Part shown: piece after piece, positions 1 to 11,063 of the stretch | Layout of the letters: each line of letters begins with the position of its first letter | Position numbering within the stretch: the first letter of the stretch is position 1 | From: Cyanophora paradoxa CCMP329 | Taxonomy: Eukaryota > Plantae > Glaucophyta | DNA: 64,000 nucleotides | Reading direction: 5' to 3' | Assembly: GCA_004431415.1 (NCBI GenBank) | Contig: QPMI01000157.1 | Coordinates: 186,001-250,000 of the forward strand | Position numbers and translations under genes: made by a program | Notes under the pieces: model-generated | What the model was told of the DNA's origin: nothing | Seen by the model: the letters and a program-made list of their open reading frames with translations, nothing else | Databases searched by the model: none

Positions 1-126
1 AAATAAACTCAACGACTCGGCGAACAAATTTATCATCGGATCCAGAGAGCAGCACTAACGTTCATGCAGCTGTATACATCTCGATATGCGAATGCATAAA
101 AGTGTGCACGGGCGCTGCGGCACGGG

Positions 127-850
127 CTAGAGGTCGAAGGTCTCCTTGTGGGTGTGGAAGGGGACGCCGGCGCGGGCGGCGGCGCGCTGCGCGGCCCGCT
201 CCGCGGCGCCCATGAGGCCCCCCGGCCCGCACGTGAAGACGGCGACGGGCCCGCCCCGCCCCGGCTCCGCCGCCGCCGCCGCCGCCGCGGCGACGCCGGC
301 GAAGAAGACGTCGAGGTCGGGGCGCGGGCGCTTCGCGGCGGGGCCCGCGGGGCCGGCGCCGGCCTCCGGGTCGATCACGACGAGCTGGAAGGCCGGCCGC
401 TGCTGGCCGGCGCCCGGGCGAGGGCCGGGGCGGGGGCGACGGGGCGGCGGGGCGGCGGCGGGGGGCCGGCGGGTGACGCAGGTAGAGCAGGCGAAGGCGA
501 CGCCGGCGGCGGTGGCGCGGGCCTCGAGGGCGGCGAGGGCGTCGTCGAAGGCGAGCAGCGTCGCCTCGTCCCGCGAGAGCCACAGCACGTCCACCCGCCG
601 CAGCCGCGCCCCGTCCTTCCCGGCGCCCTGCAGGAGCCACCCCAGCGTCGAGAGCGCCGGCGCGATCCCTGCGCCGAGCCGCGCGTAAGGGCCCGGGGCC
701 GGGGTGATGGAGGGGCGCGGCGTTGGGGCCGCACCAATGCCGCCGCAGACGACGGCGAGGGAGGGGTACCGCTCGAAGCGGACGGAGGGGCGCCCGTAGG
801 GCCCGTCGACCCGCAGCGCGACGCTCCCGGGGGCCACCTGCGCGCGCGAG

Positions 851-891
<41 letters not shown>

Positions 892-3800
892 CTCCCGTCA
901 GGGCCGGTGGGGGGTACCCCGCCAGAAGGGATTCGAGGGCGCACCCCGGCCTTGGCGAGGGCGGCGAGGCGCCCCGTGAAGGTGTCGGGCCCCCTGTCGC
1001 GGATGTGCAGCGTGAAGCGCCCGTCCTGCTCGCGGGTGAGCGGAGCGGACTTGGAGCTGGGCCCGGGGGCGGAGGGGGGGGCGGCGGGCCTGGGAGGGGT
1101 CGGAGGAGATGGACATGGGGTGCCACTCGAGGCCCGAGAGGGCGGGGAGCTGGAGGAAGACGAACTGGCCGGAGCCGTGCGCCCCCATCCCCGGCTTGCT
1201 CACCTCCAGCCTGCACCCCGGGCCGGCCCCGTGAGCCGCGGCTCGGCTCAACCTGGGACGGCGCGGGGCGGGGCGCACCGGGAGATGCGGCCGTCGAGGA
1301 GGCGGAGGGAGAGGAGGCGGGCGGGGCGTGCGCGGCCCTTCCACGCGCGGAAGGCGCAGTCGGCGGCGTAGAGGGCCGCGGGGGGCACCGCGTACGCGAT
1401 CACGCTCCGCCTTCCAATCGCGCAGTCAGCCGCCGCGAGGCGAGGGGCCGGGGCGCCGGCGCGGGGCCGCGCACTCGTGGATGCAGGCGAAGACGACGGC
1501 GGGGACGAAGAGGAAGTGCATGAAGTAGAAGCGCTGCGGAGGAAGGGGTCGGCGCGGCGGGGCCTGGGCGGGGCGGGGGGTACCCGGACCTCGAAGAGGG
1601 CGCGGCGGAGCTGGGGGAGGGAGAGGAGGGAGAGGAGGAGCATGAGGGCGCCGCTGAGGAGCCCCGCGAGGTTGTTGAGGTCCTCGCTCGCCCCGCCCCA
1701 CTCCGCCAGGTACGACGCCCCCAGGCCCTGCCCCGAGGTTCAGCCCGGCCCCGGGCTCGCCGGGGGGCGCCTGAGGGAGGGCGGACGGGGACGGAGGAGA
1801 AGTAGAGGGCGAGGAGGCCGCCGTGGAGCCAGACGCTCGCCACCATCGCCACCGCCGCCCACCGGTGGAACTGGCCACGGCCGCCGCGCGCCGCCGCGTC
1901 AGCGTAGAGCTGCTGAGCGCGGAGGGCGGGGGGCGGCCCACCCGCACGGCGCGCTCCCACGCGATGCCAAAGAAGTGCTGCGCGCCGGCCGCGGGCCGCG
2001 GTCAGTCGACGTCGCTGGTCCAGCGCGCTGGGCCGGCTCGCCTGCCAGAGGCTGTTGCGGGCGACGGGGAGGAGGGCGAAGAGGAGCTGCAGCTCCGCCA
2101 CCCGCCCGAAGGCGTCCCCCGCCCGGCCCACCGCCGTCCCCTGCTCCCAGCTACCGTCAGACCCCGGACGGCATCGTCTGCGCGCCCGCGCTCGCCTTGG
2201 TGGAGTTCATGGCGTAGTAGGCGGCGTAGGCGGCGCTGGCGGCGAGGTAGAGGAGGAGCGCGAGCGCCTCGCCCAGCGAGAGGTCCACGCCTTGCGAGCG
2301 AAGCTCACGGCGGAGCCCGAGCCGGCTTGCGGTGCAATCGAGCGGGGCGCGAGCTCACCGAGGCGGAGGAGGGGCTTGGTGTAGGCGAGGAGGGCGGCGG
2401 GGCCGCGGTGCGGGGGCAGCGCCAGCGTGACGAGGCAGCCGGCCGCGAGGGCCGCCCCCGTCGCCACCCCCAGCACGATGAAGTGGTACCTGGGCCCGCA
2501 TCGGACTCAGGCTTCTTCGGAGTCGAGGCCGGGGGCGGCGGGGGCGTGCGCAGCGCACGGGGCGGAGCTGTGGTAGACGAGGTCGTTCTCGCCGCCCGGG
2601 ACGATCGCCCGCGTCCCTGGGGCGCGGCGCGGGGCCGGTTCGGTGCGCGAGCGCGCGCGCCGGGGGGAGAGCTCTGGCGCACGGGAGTAGTCGACGGGGA
2701 GGCCGGTGAGGGCGAGGGACTGGGCGGCGATGGCGGCGCCGAGGCGGGAGGCGGCCTCCGCCACGGGGAGGCCCCCCGCCGCGCCCGCGGGGAGCAGCAC
2801 GAGGCTCACCACCACGCTGCCCTCCACCGCGTTCAGGATCTGCACGCGCGACGCGTCCACCTGGAGGGGCGGAGGCGCGCGTCGGACGAGGGCGCGGGGA
2901 TGGGCAGGAGGGTAGAGGGGGGCGGCGGGGGCGGACCCCGGCGGCGGCGGCGACGCCGGTGAGGAAGGCGGCCTGCATCTCCCCGGAGGCCGACCACGCG
3001 CTGAAGCTCACGAGGAGCACGATCTGCCCGCCCGCCCCACCCGTGAGCCGCTTCCCGGGGGCGCGGAGGCGGGCAGGGGGAGTGGGCGCGCGCCTGGATG
3101 AGGTCGGACTGGGCCTCCGCCGAGGCGGCCGGCGAGGAGGCGGAGGCGGAGGAGGAGTCGGCGGAGGCCGAGCCCGAGGTGGCCGGCGGGGCGGTGGCGG
3201 CGGGGGAGGCGACCGAGGCGAGGGGCGTCGGCGCGGGCGCGGCGGTCGTCGCCGCGGCGGCGGGGCGGGGCGTGGGCGAGGGGCTCGGCGTCGCCACCGC
3301 CGAGGCCACGCAGCCGGCGCTCGTCGGGCGGCTGCCCGGGGGGGCGCTCAGGAGGGGCGGGAGGGGCGGGGGGCGGGGCCCAGGGGCACCTGGAGGCGAG
3401 GCCCGGGTCGGAGATGTCGCTGGTGCGGGAGGGGGCCCGCCCCAGCGACCACGTGCAGCACGGGTCTGCGCCGGCGCAGCGCAGCGCTCGTTAGGGAGGC
3501 CTCGCGGGAGGGAGGGCGCGGGCGAGGGCGCGGGCGCTCGCCTCCGAGCTCCCAGCCCTGCCCCGCAAGCGAGGCGTCAGAGAGGAGGAGAGGAGAGGGG
3601 CGGCCGCTCAACTCTGGCAAGGCCTTTAAAGTTAAGCTCTGGTGGGCGCACGTTGGAGTAGCCGTCGCCGTCGCTGTCGGCCTTGCAGAGGGCCGCCGTC
3701 CAGCTGTTCCCGTTCTGCTTGAACGCGTTCCCGAAGTTGTCGAGGCCCCCCTGCCGCCCCACGCCCGTCAGGCGCCGATCAGCTGGAGCTCGGCCTGCCG

Positions 3801-4256
3801 CTCGCGCTGCCTGCAGCATCGAGATCTAGATCTAGATGCACTCCGGGCGGGGGCCCCCACCGTGCCCCGCGCGTGCGCCGGCGCCCGGCCGGGACTCGGG
3901 ATCAACACGTGCGCGTGCGCGCGGGCCGGCGGACAGGCCGCGGCCGGCGCCGCGGGGCGCCTGGCGCACCTTGCCGGTGGACCTGAGGTGCCCGACGGCG
4001 GCCCATGCGACGCCGTTCCGCTTCACGTTCGCCCCGTTCGGGATGTCCGACTGGTACCTGCCCATCCGCGGCGTTGCAATTGCGCGCCCCCGAGTGAGGT
4101 CTAGATCTCGGAGCGGAAGCGACGTACGCGTCGACGGCCGCGGCTCGGGGGCCGGGCCGGCGCGCACCACTGCCAGGCGTGCGCGGTCGAGGCGAGGTAC
4201 AGGAGGACGAGGATGGATGTCGCCGCGGCGGGACCGGCTCGTTGGTGCCGACTCAT
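127..4256 (-). CDS. Multi-exon ferric reductase/NOX-family flavocytochrome with N-terminal signal peptide, temptin-like Cys domain, S/T/P/A linker and a possible SEA-like domain
   Basis: Exons joined by eye. Signal MSRHQRAGPAAATSILVLLYLASTAHAW. Temptin-like IPNG...GVAWAAVGH...NFGNAF...WTAALCKADSDGDGYSN...GWELG.DPCCTW. Reductase TM motifs LPVARNS, FHRW, LHG, FYFMH. FAD-binding GQFVFL...EWHPMSISS and DGPYG. NAD-binding VVCGGIG, VFTCGP, HKETFDL*. Confidence 0.8.
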
Positions 4257-4903
4257 CGTGCCGCGGAGATCTAGCGTCTGCGGCGCGCGCCTCCGGCTCC
4301 TCTTGGCGAGCTCTCGATCGCCGGCCGCGGACAGGGATGCGCGCTTCGCCAAAACTTGTCCTACGTTGACACGCGTCGAATCGGCGAGACTGCAATCGCC
4401 GCGCGCGGCTAGCGCTGAGTGCGCGCGTCAAGCCTGATCGAAGGCGCGCTCTGCTGCAGCTGTATAGCTAGGCGTCGAGTCTAGAGCAATCCGCAGACGC
4501 GGAGATGAGCCGATCGGGCACTGCAGCTGGTGCCGAGGCGGAATGAAGGCGAGGCCTAGGGCGAGGGCGACCAAGGTCACATGCGCGCCTCGTGGTGGCG
4601 CGTCACGGCCTGAGGAGACGCGATTCATCGTGCGCGTGCGAAGTTCACTGCGAACTTCGCAGGGCGCGCCTGCTCGCCACGTAAAGATGCGCCGGACCGC
4701 CGCCCAGGCCCGCCCAGGCCCGCCCTGCCCGCGGGGGTACCAAGCACGCGGTGCTGCCGACATTTCAGGGCAACTTTCAGTTCGAATTTCCCGAAAAAAG
4801 GTGACGTCAGGTGAAATTTTAATGAACTAAAAAATGCGACGGTCAGGTGACGGTCGCCGAGTCAAGTGACTCGGGCAGTCAGGTGACGGCTCCCGCCCGG
4901 ACC

Positions 4904-4910
4904 TATAAAA
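4904..4910 (+). promoter_or_regulatory. Candidate TATA box (TATAAAA)
   Basis: cctataaaagg in GC-rich context about 55 nt upstream of ATG 4964; repeated AGGTGACG/GTGACGTCA motifs lie just upstream. Confidence 0.45.
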
Positions 4911-4963
4911 GGCCGAACTTGCGCCCGGTCTGTCATTCTTCGACCGTCGCAACGCGCTCTTCC

Positions 4964-5608
4964 ATGGCCTGCCTTCGCACCACCGGTACCCCCGTCATCG
5001 TCGAGCCGCAAGTCGAGCCCGAGGTCAAGCCGAAGCCGGCAGGCTTGTGCGCGATGTGCGCCGCGGCGACGGACTCATCCGCGGGGCACTGCTTCCAGCT
5101 CTACGGCAGCTGCGCTTGCCAGGATCTCATCTGCCTCTGCGACCCGGACTGCTCCGAAGAGCGCTGCCGGCTTGAGGAAAAGCTCAATGACTTGCAATTA
5201 ATATTGGTCGAGTCGACGTCGTCTTCGAATTCTCAGACGACCTTTTCCTTCAGCGACTTCGGCACCGGCGGACCCGGGCTCGGATCGGAAGAGAACGACA
5301 TTTCTGAGGAGCTGCCGGCAGCTGCGGACTTGAACACGGGTTCGATTCCGGCCCTGGCCGCGACGCACGCACCTGCGGTCTCCGGTTCCACCCCGGTGCC
5401 GGCCCTTTCGACGGCACTTCCGCCGGCGGTCTGGGGTTCAACCCCGGCGCCGGCCCTCTTCACGGCATTGCCGGAACCAGTGGTTGCTGGTTCGAATCCG
5501 AAGTCGGCTCGTTCCTCTCGCAAGCGCAAGTCAGATGACGTTGACAGCGTCGCGATAGTGCGCCCGCCTCACCAGTACAACTTGCGCATGCGTTCTCGCC
5601 GGGCTTGA
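4964..5608 (+). CDS. Intronless orphan protein: Cys-rich N-terminus, imperfect GSxP..AL.TA.P repeats, basic C-terminus
   Basis: Part of ORF 4847..5608; ATG at 4964 (MACLRTTG) follows the TATA box; CAMC...HC...CACQDLICLCDPDC; ends RKRK...HQYNLRMRSRRA. Confidence 0.5.
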   Translation: MACLRTTGTPVIVEPQVEPEVKPKPAGLCAMCAAATDSSAGHCFQLYGSCACQDLICLCDPDCSEERCRLEEKLNDLQLILVESTSSSNSQTTFSFSDFGTGGPGLGSEENDISEELPAAADLNTGSIPALAATHAPAVSGSTPVPALSTALPPAVWGSTPAPALFTALPEPVVAGSNPKSARSSRKRKSDDVDSVAIVRPPHQYNLRMRSRRA

Positions 5609-5906
5609 GCTTAGGCTAACGTGAGAGAATTCTGTAAATAGCTGTAAATAACTGCGCATGCTTTACGGCTCAATCGCTTTCGCGCGCGCGTGCTGATCGC
5701 TAGAGCGCGCGCCGCCGCTGCGGCGGTGTAGTCCGTGGCGAATGTGTGTCCGACGGTCGCGCGCGCGTTCGCGCCTGCGCGTGGTCTCGAGGATGCTGCT
5801 CTTGCGATCCTTCTCTCGCATGTATGTATGTACATAGCGGCGGGCCGGGGCCCGAGGGCGTCGGACGCGCGCGTGCGCGCGCCGGCGTCCCAGGGTTCGC
5901 CTCCGC

Positions 5907-8900
5907 CTACAGCTCGGCCGCCTCGCCCTTCTTGCTCCGGTGCTTGTGCTTGCTCCTATGCTCCCCCGAGCCTGCTCCCGAGTGAGCCAACGCGCGAGCG
6001 CGCGCGCGCCCGGCGGCCGGCGGGCTGGGGCGGGAGGCGAGCCGCGCCGCACCCTTGGAGCTGCGGTGCTTGTGCGAGGAGGCGGCGGCGGCGGCGCCCT
6101 GCGCGGCGCTCGGCCCGGGGGGCGGGGGCGCGGGGAGGGGGCGGCGGGCGCGCCTCGCCGATCTCGGCGTAGGCGTTGCGGTCGGGCCCGCCCTCGGCAG
6201 GGAGCTCCTCGGGGCCAGCGGGGGCCCCGACGTCGATGAGCGCCGCCTCGCCCTCGCCCGCCTCCTCCTTCGAGCGGTGCTTCGAGCGCGACGAGCGGTG
6301 CCGCCCCTCCCCCTCCCTGTGCTGCTTCTTCTTCCGCCTCTCCGGCTCCCCCGCCCCCGCCGCCGACGCCGGCGCCGAGAACGGCGGCGACGCCGGCCCG
6401 CCCTGCGCCTGGTACGCCCCGGAGTGCACCTGGTACCCCCCGCCCGACGAGGAGGCGGGGGCGGCTCCGAGGCCGGCGCCGCCGTAGCCGCCGCCGGCGC
6501 CGCCGTAGCCCGGGGCGAGGCCGCGGGAGTAGGAGGCGGTGGGTGCGTCGGGGCGGGCGTAGGGGGCGATGGTGGGCATGGAGGAGGCGCCGGGGGAGCC
6601 GGGGCGCGTGAGGTCGACCTGCGCGGGATTCGACGGAATCCGACAAGAGGGGCGGGGGGCCACGCGCGTCGTTGAGGCCGCCGCGGGGTGCGTCGTCGTC
6701 GGAGGCGGAGGCGCCCTCCGGCATCGCCGCCCCCGCACGATCTGCCCCGCCCCCGCCGTCGGCAGGGCCGCACGCGGGGCGCGCGTGGCGAGCGGGGCGG
6801 GGCGGGGGCGCGCCTCGACGTAGGGGGCCGGCTCCTCGGCGGCCTCCTTGCGGTGGCGGCGGAGACCCGCGCCGCGACCGCCGGCGGCATCTCCACCCCG
6901 CCAGCAGCCCCGCGTCCGCCTCTGCCCCGCCCCGCGTCGGCCCGGCCCCGCGGCGAGGGGGCGCCCGGGGCGAGAGGGGCCGGACCCGGGGCGGCCTCGG
7001 GGGCCCGCTGGGGGCTCTTCCCGCTCGCCGCGGAGGCTGCGCCGGCTGCGCGCAGGGCTCGCGGCCGGCGCGCGGGAGGGGAGGCGGGGCCGGCGCGCGC
7101 GCACCGCCGGGGAGGTAGAAGGGGTCGCCCTCGCGCCGCCGCCGCGCCTCCGCCGCCTCCTTCTCCTGCGAAGTGGAGGGTCGGGGAGGGCCGCATAAGA
7201 AGCAAAGAGGGCCGCACGGAGCGGGCGGCGCGGTCGGCGGCGGGGGCCGGCGGGCGGTACGAGACGCCGTCCTCGTCGTGCAGCGACTGCGCGCCGGCGT
7301 GACGGGCGAAGCGGTGAAGAGGAGGGCAGGGGCACCTTCGCGGGGCTGGTGTCGGCGCCGGGAGGGGGCCCGCCCTCGCCCCAGAAGTCGCCGGCGTTGG
7401 AGGAGGAGCCGGCCCCCGCCGCCTCCCCGGGCACCTGCCGCCAGGGCGGTCAGCTCCCTCGCGGGGCGAGGGCGGGGGGGCGGCCTGGCGGACCGGGGAG
7501 GGCTCCTCGGGCTCGGGCTCGCAGATGGGCGTGTCGAGGTCGAGCCCCTCCGGCACCGGCACCTGCGGGCCCCGCTGGGCGGTGCGGGGCGGTGCAGGGC
7601 GGGGCGGGGCGAGGGGGGGTACCTTGCGCTGGGCCTTGGGGGCGACGGGGGCGAGCTCCTCGCGGCAGGCGTCGGCGAGGGCCGCCAGCGCCGCCCCGCC
7701 CCGCGCCTCCAGCGCCGGCGCCAGCCGCGCCAGCGCCCGCAGCGTGCACGCCTGCCCCGCCCCGCCCGGTTAGCGGCGGGCGGCGCAAAAAGGGATCGGG
7801 AGGATTCGAACCCGCTCCTGGACCTCGACGTCGGCGCTCGCGGCGAAGGCGCCGGCGCGCGAGGCCACGCGCGCCGCGGCGGAGGCGAGCTCGCCCCCGG
7901 CTGCCAGCTGCGCGCCCGGGCCGTCAAGGGAGCGGGGAGACGGGGAAGCGGCGGGGGGGGGCAGGGTGCGGGCCTGGCTGGCGGAGCGGACGAAGACCTT
8001 GAGGGCGGCCTGCACGTAGGAGGCCTGGACGCCCGGGGCAGGGCGAGGGCGCGGGGGTGCAGCAGCGCCTCGAGGACCGCCGCCGGGCCCGCCTCGTCCG
8101 GCCTTCGCCGGCGGCTCGGGCTCGGACGAGGTGCGCGGCGGGCGGGGCGGGCGGGGCGGGTTTGGGGGGGGGGGGCGGCGCACGAGGGGAACTCGCCGAG
8201 GATCCAGGCGGCGGCGCCCAGCACGGGGGCCGCCTGCATCTTACCCTCAGACACGGGCGGGGGGCGTGGGGCGCGGGCAGGGCGCACGCCGGCGGGGTCC
8301 TGGGCGGCCTCGGGCCGGTGCTTGGAGACGAGGGAGGCCGCCAGCTGCGCGGCGAAGGCCCGCACGCTCTTCACCCGCACCGCGATGTCCACCATCTGCC
8401 CCCGCCGCGCCCCTCAGCGCGCGGCCCGAGCTCGGGGGGCCCGGGGCGGCCGCGCCTGCTCCGCGATGGCCGCGCTCTGGCGCGCCGGGGCCACCCGCGA
8501 CAGGTCCGCCAGCACCTGCCGCGGGGCCCGCCGATCAGATAACCCGGCGCGGCGGGGGGGGGGGGGGGGGGGGGGTACGAAATGATTCGAGAAAAGCACC
8601 TGGAGGTACCACTGGAAGTTGGTGACGCGTTCGTACGAGTCGGCGCCGCACGTGGCCACGATCTGCGGGGGGCGCGGTGAGAGAGAGGGGAGGCGGGGGA
8701 GGGGAGGAGACGCCGGGGGGTACACGCCTTCTCGATGGTGGCGTCGCGGAAGGGCCCCGGGGGCGAGCGGGCGACGGCGTCCGTCAGGAGCCGCAGCACC
8801 TCCACGCTGCTCTGCCGGTCCATCTGCGCGGGGGGGTACAGCGTGAGCCCCGGGGGGCAGGGGGGGAGGAGGGGGCGCGCGCCATGCCCGTCACGAGGTC

Positions 8901-10980
8901 GAGCGCGCGGTTCCGGATGGTGACGTCCTCGTCCTGCGGGGCACGTGAGCGGGGGGCGGGCGCGAGCCCGGGCAGGGTGGAGGAGAGAGATGGAGGGGTA
9001 CACACATGGAGGCAGGACACGATGAGCGACTTGTGCGCCACGACCGCCTGCGGCGGGTGCGGCGTTAGGAGGGGTACGGGGCGCGGGGGCGGAGGGGCGG
9101 GAGGGGGGCGCCTGGGGGTGGGTCCGCATGAGGTTGAGCAGCCCGAGCAGGCCGAGGTACTTCACTGAGGGCGAGCAGGCACGCGTCAGACCGGCGGCGC
9201 GGTGAGGGGCGTGGGGCGCCGAAGCCGGCGTGGGGGAGAAGGGCGGGGTAATCTTGGAAGCGAGTATCGGGCGGGCCGCGGGCGTGGCCTCTGCCGCATC
9301 GCCCTTCTTGCGCTTCCGTGAAACGAAACGAAACGGGCGGGCGGGGCGGGGCTAGATCGATGTGCCGCCCAAGTGTCTTTCTCGGCGCTCCGCGACCGGC
9401 GCGGCCCGGGATCCGATCCGAGTGGAGCAGGGTACACGCACGGTTCTGGTCGGGGTCCTCGACGAAGAGGCGCAGCTTCTCGCACGCGAGCTTCACCAGC
9501 GCGGGGAAGTCCTGGGGGGTACCCGGTCGAACCGGGGGATACAAGAACGGAAGGCGGGAAGGGGGTACCGTCATGCAGGCCGTCACGGCGTTGACGCACT
9601 CGTACAGGAGGCTCTGAATCGGGAAGGGGGAAGATGTCGGAACGGGGTACGGTGCGGGGGGACGGGCAGGGGCACCTTGGCGGGGGTGGAGTTGATGACG
9701 GAGGTGAGCGGCTCGACGAGCTTCTTCGCGAGGCGCGGCTCCAGGGGTACCAGCGCGGTCATCTGGGGGGTACGCGCTCGAGGGGGCGCGGTGGAATGGA
9801 CAGAAGGAGGGGTACGCGCCAGCTTGACGATCTTGATGAGGACCCAGTTGTTGCTGGAGGTGGTGAGGATCTTGAAGAAGACGGGGGCTACCGGGTTGCG
9901 GCGTCACGAGGGGCGCGGGGGGCGCGGAGGGGTGAGGAGGGGGCGGAGGGCACCGAGGGGCAGGTAGTTCTTCGGGTTGGACTTGCGGGCGAGCTCGCAG
10001 AAGACGTTCACGGCGGCGGAGACGACGGCTGCGCGCGGGGCGCGGCGTCAGGGGCCGGCGGGGGCGGGGGGGCGCGGCGCGGCGCGGCGCGGGGAGGGGA
10101 ATCACATGGGTCGGAGTCGTCGAGCTTCTCCTTGAGGCGCTCGAAGGCCGGCCGCAGCGCCTCGGGGAACTGCAGGATCACCTGCGCGCCGGGGCGGCTC
10201 GCCGCCCCGCGGGCGGGGCGGGGCGGGGCGGGGCGGGCGGGCGGGGGCGCCTTGTAGAGGGCGAGGACGGCCTTCTTGCGGACGTAGGGCTTGGAGCTCT
10301 TGAGGAGCTGGAGGACGTCGTTGCCGAGGTCGCGCCCGAGGTCCAGCGTGCAGATGTTCGCCAGGCAGTTCGTCGCCAGCCCCACCTCGTACTGGTTCTG
10401 GCTCGCCAGGTCCTGCGCCCCGCACGCTCGCTCGCGCACGCGCGCACGCGCCTCGCAGAGCGGGCGGGCGGGGGGCGCGCCTTCTTGAAGAGTTGGATGG
10501 TGAGGACGAGGACCTCGGTCGTCTCGCGGAAGGACTGCGACGCGGCGAGGTACCCGATGCGCTTGTGCGAGAACTTCGAGTCGCTCATCGCCTCCACGAC
10601 GTAGAAGGCCGCCCATGACATCTCGTAGCCGAGCATGTGCAGCTGCACATGCCCGAAGCGGCGTCATTCGCGCTGTCAGGGGCCTCGGGGCGGCGCGGAG
10701 CGCGTACATAGACGAGCTTCAGAAGCGCGCGGGCCTTCTTCGCCGTCTCCCTGCTCCGCAGCTCCTCCTTGATCTCCGCGATGCACTGCGAGATGTACTG
10801 CTGCTCCCTGTCCCGACGGCACGCCCGCAGGCCTTTCACCTGCGCCAAGAGAGCGTCGGCGGCGACGCGCGACGATGACGCCCGCCGGGGTGCGCGTACA
10901 AGGTCAACAAGGTTCTTCTCCAGCATCGCCTGCATGAGCTGCTGGCCGGCATTCGCCAGCGTCGTGGCGACGTGGGCCAT
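5907..10980 (-). CDS. AP3D1: AP-3 complex subunit delta (adaptin), many short introns
   Basis: Spliced exons give MLEKNLVDLVKGLR, YISQCIAEIKEELRS, LHMLGYEMSWAAFYVVEAMS, KRIGYLAASQSF, KPYVRKKAVLALYK, FPEALRPAFERLKEKLDDSDP, NNWVLIKIVKL, PLEPRLAKKL, DPDQNLKYLGLL, DEDVTIRNRALDL, DVEVQER, PVPEGLDLDTPI. Confidence 0.93.
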
Positions 10981-11063
10981 CGCGGCGACGGGTTGCGCCA
11001 CTTGGCCGGGCGGCAGGCCTTTGCCAAGTGAAAGTTCTGTACCCGGCAAAGCGAAATTGTGAG
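10981..11063. promoter_or_regulatory. Very short head-to-head intergenic region (probable bidirectional promoter)
   Basis: Only 83 bp between the divergent ATGs at 10980 (-) and 11064 (+). Confidence 0.5.

Noticed and set aside
852-891. 40-nt poly-G tract (another near 8553-8575) as a functional G-quadruplex element
   Set aside because: The tracts are intronic homopolymers of unreliable length in an already G/C-run-rich genome, with no evidence of function.
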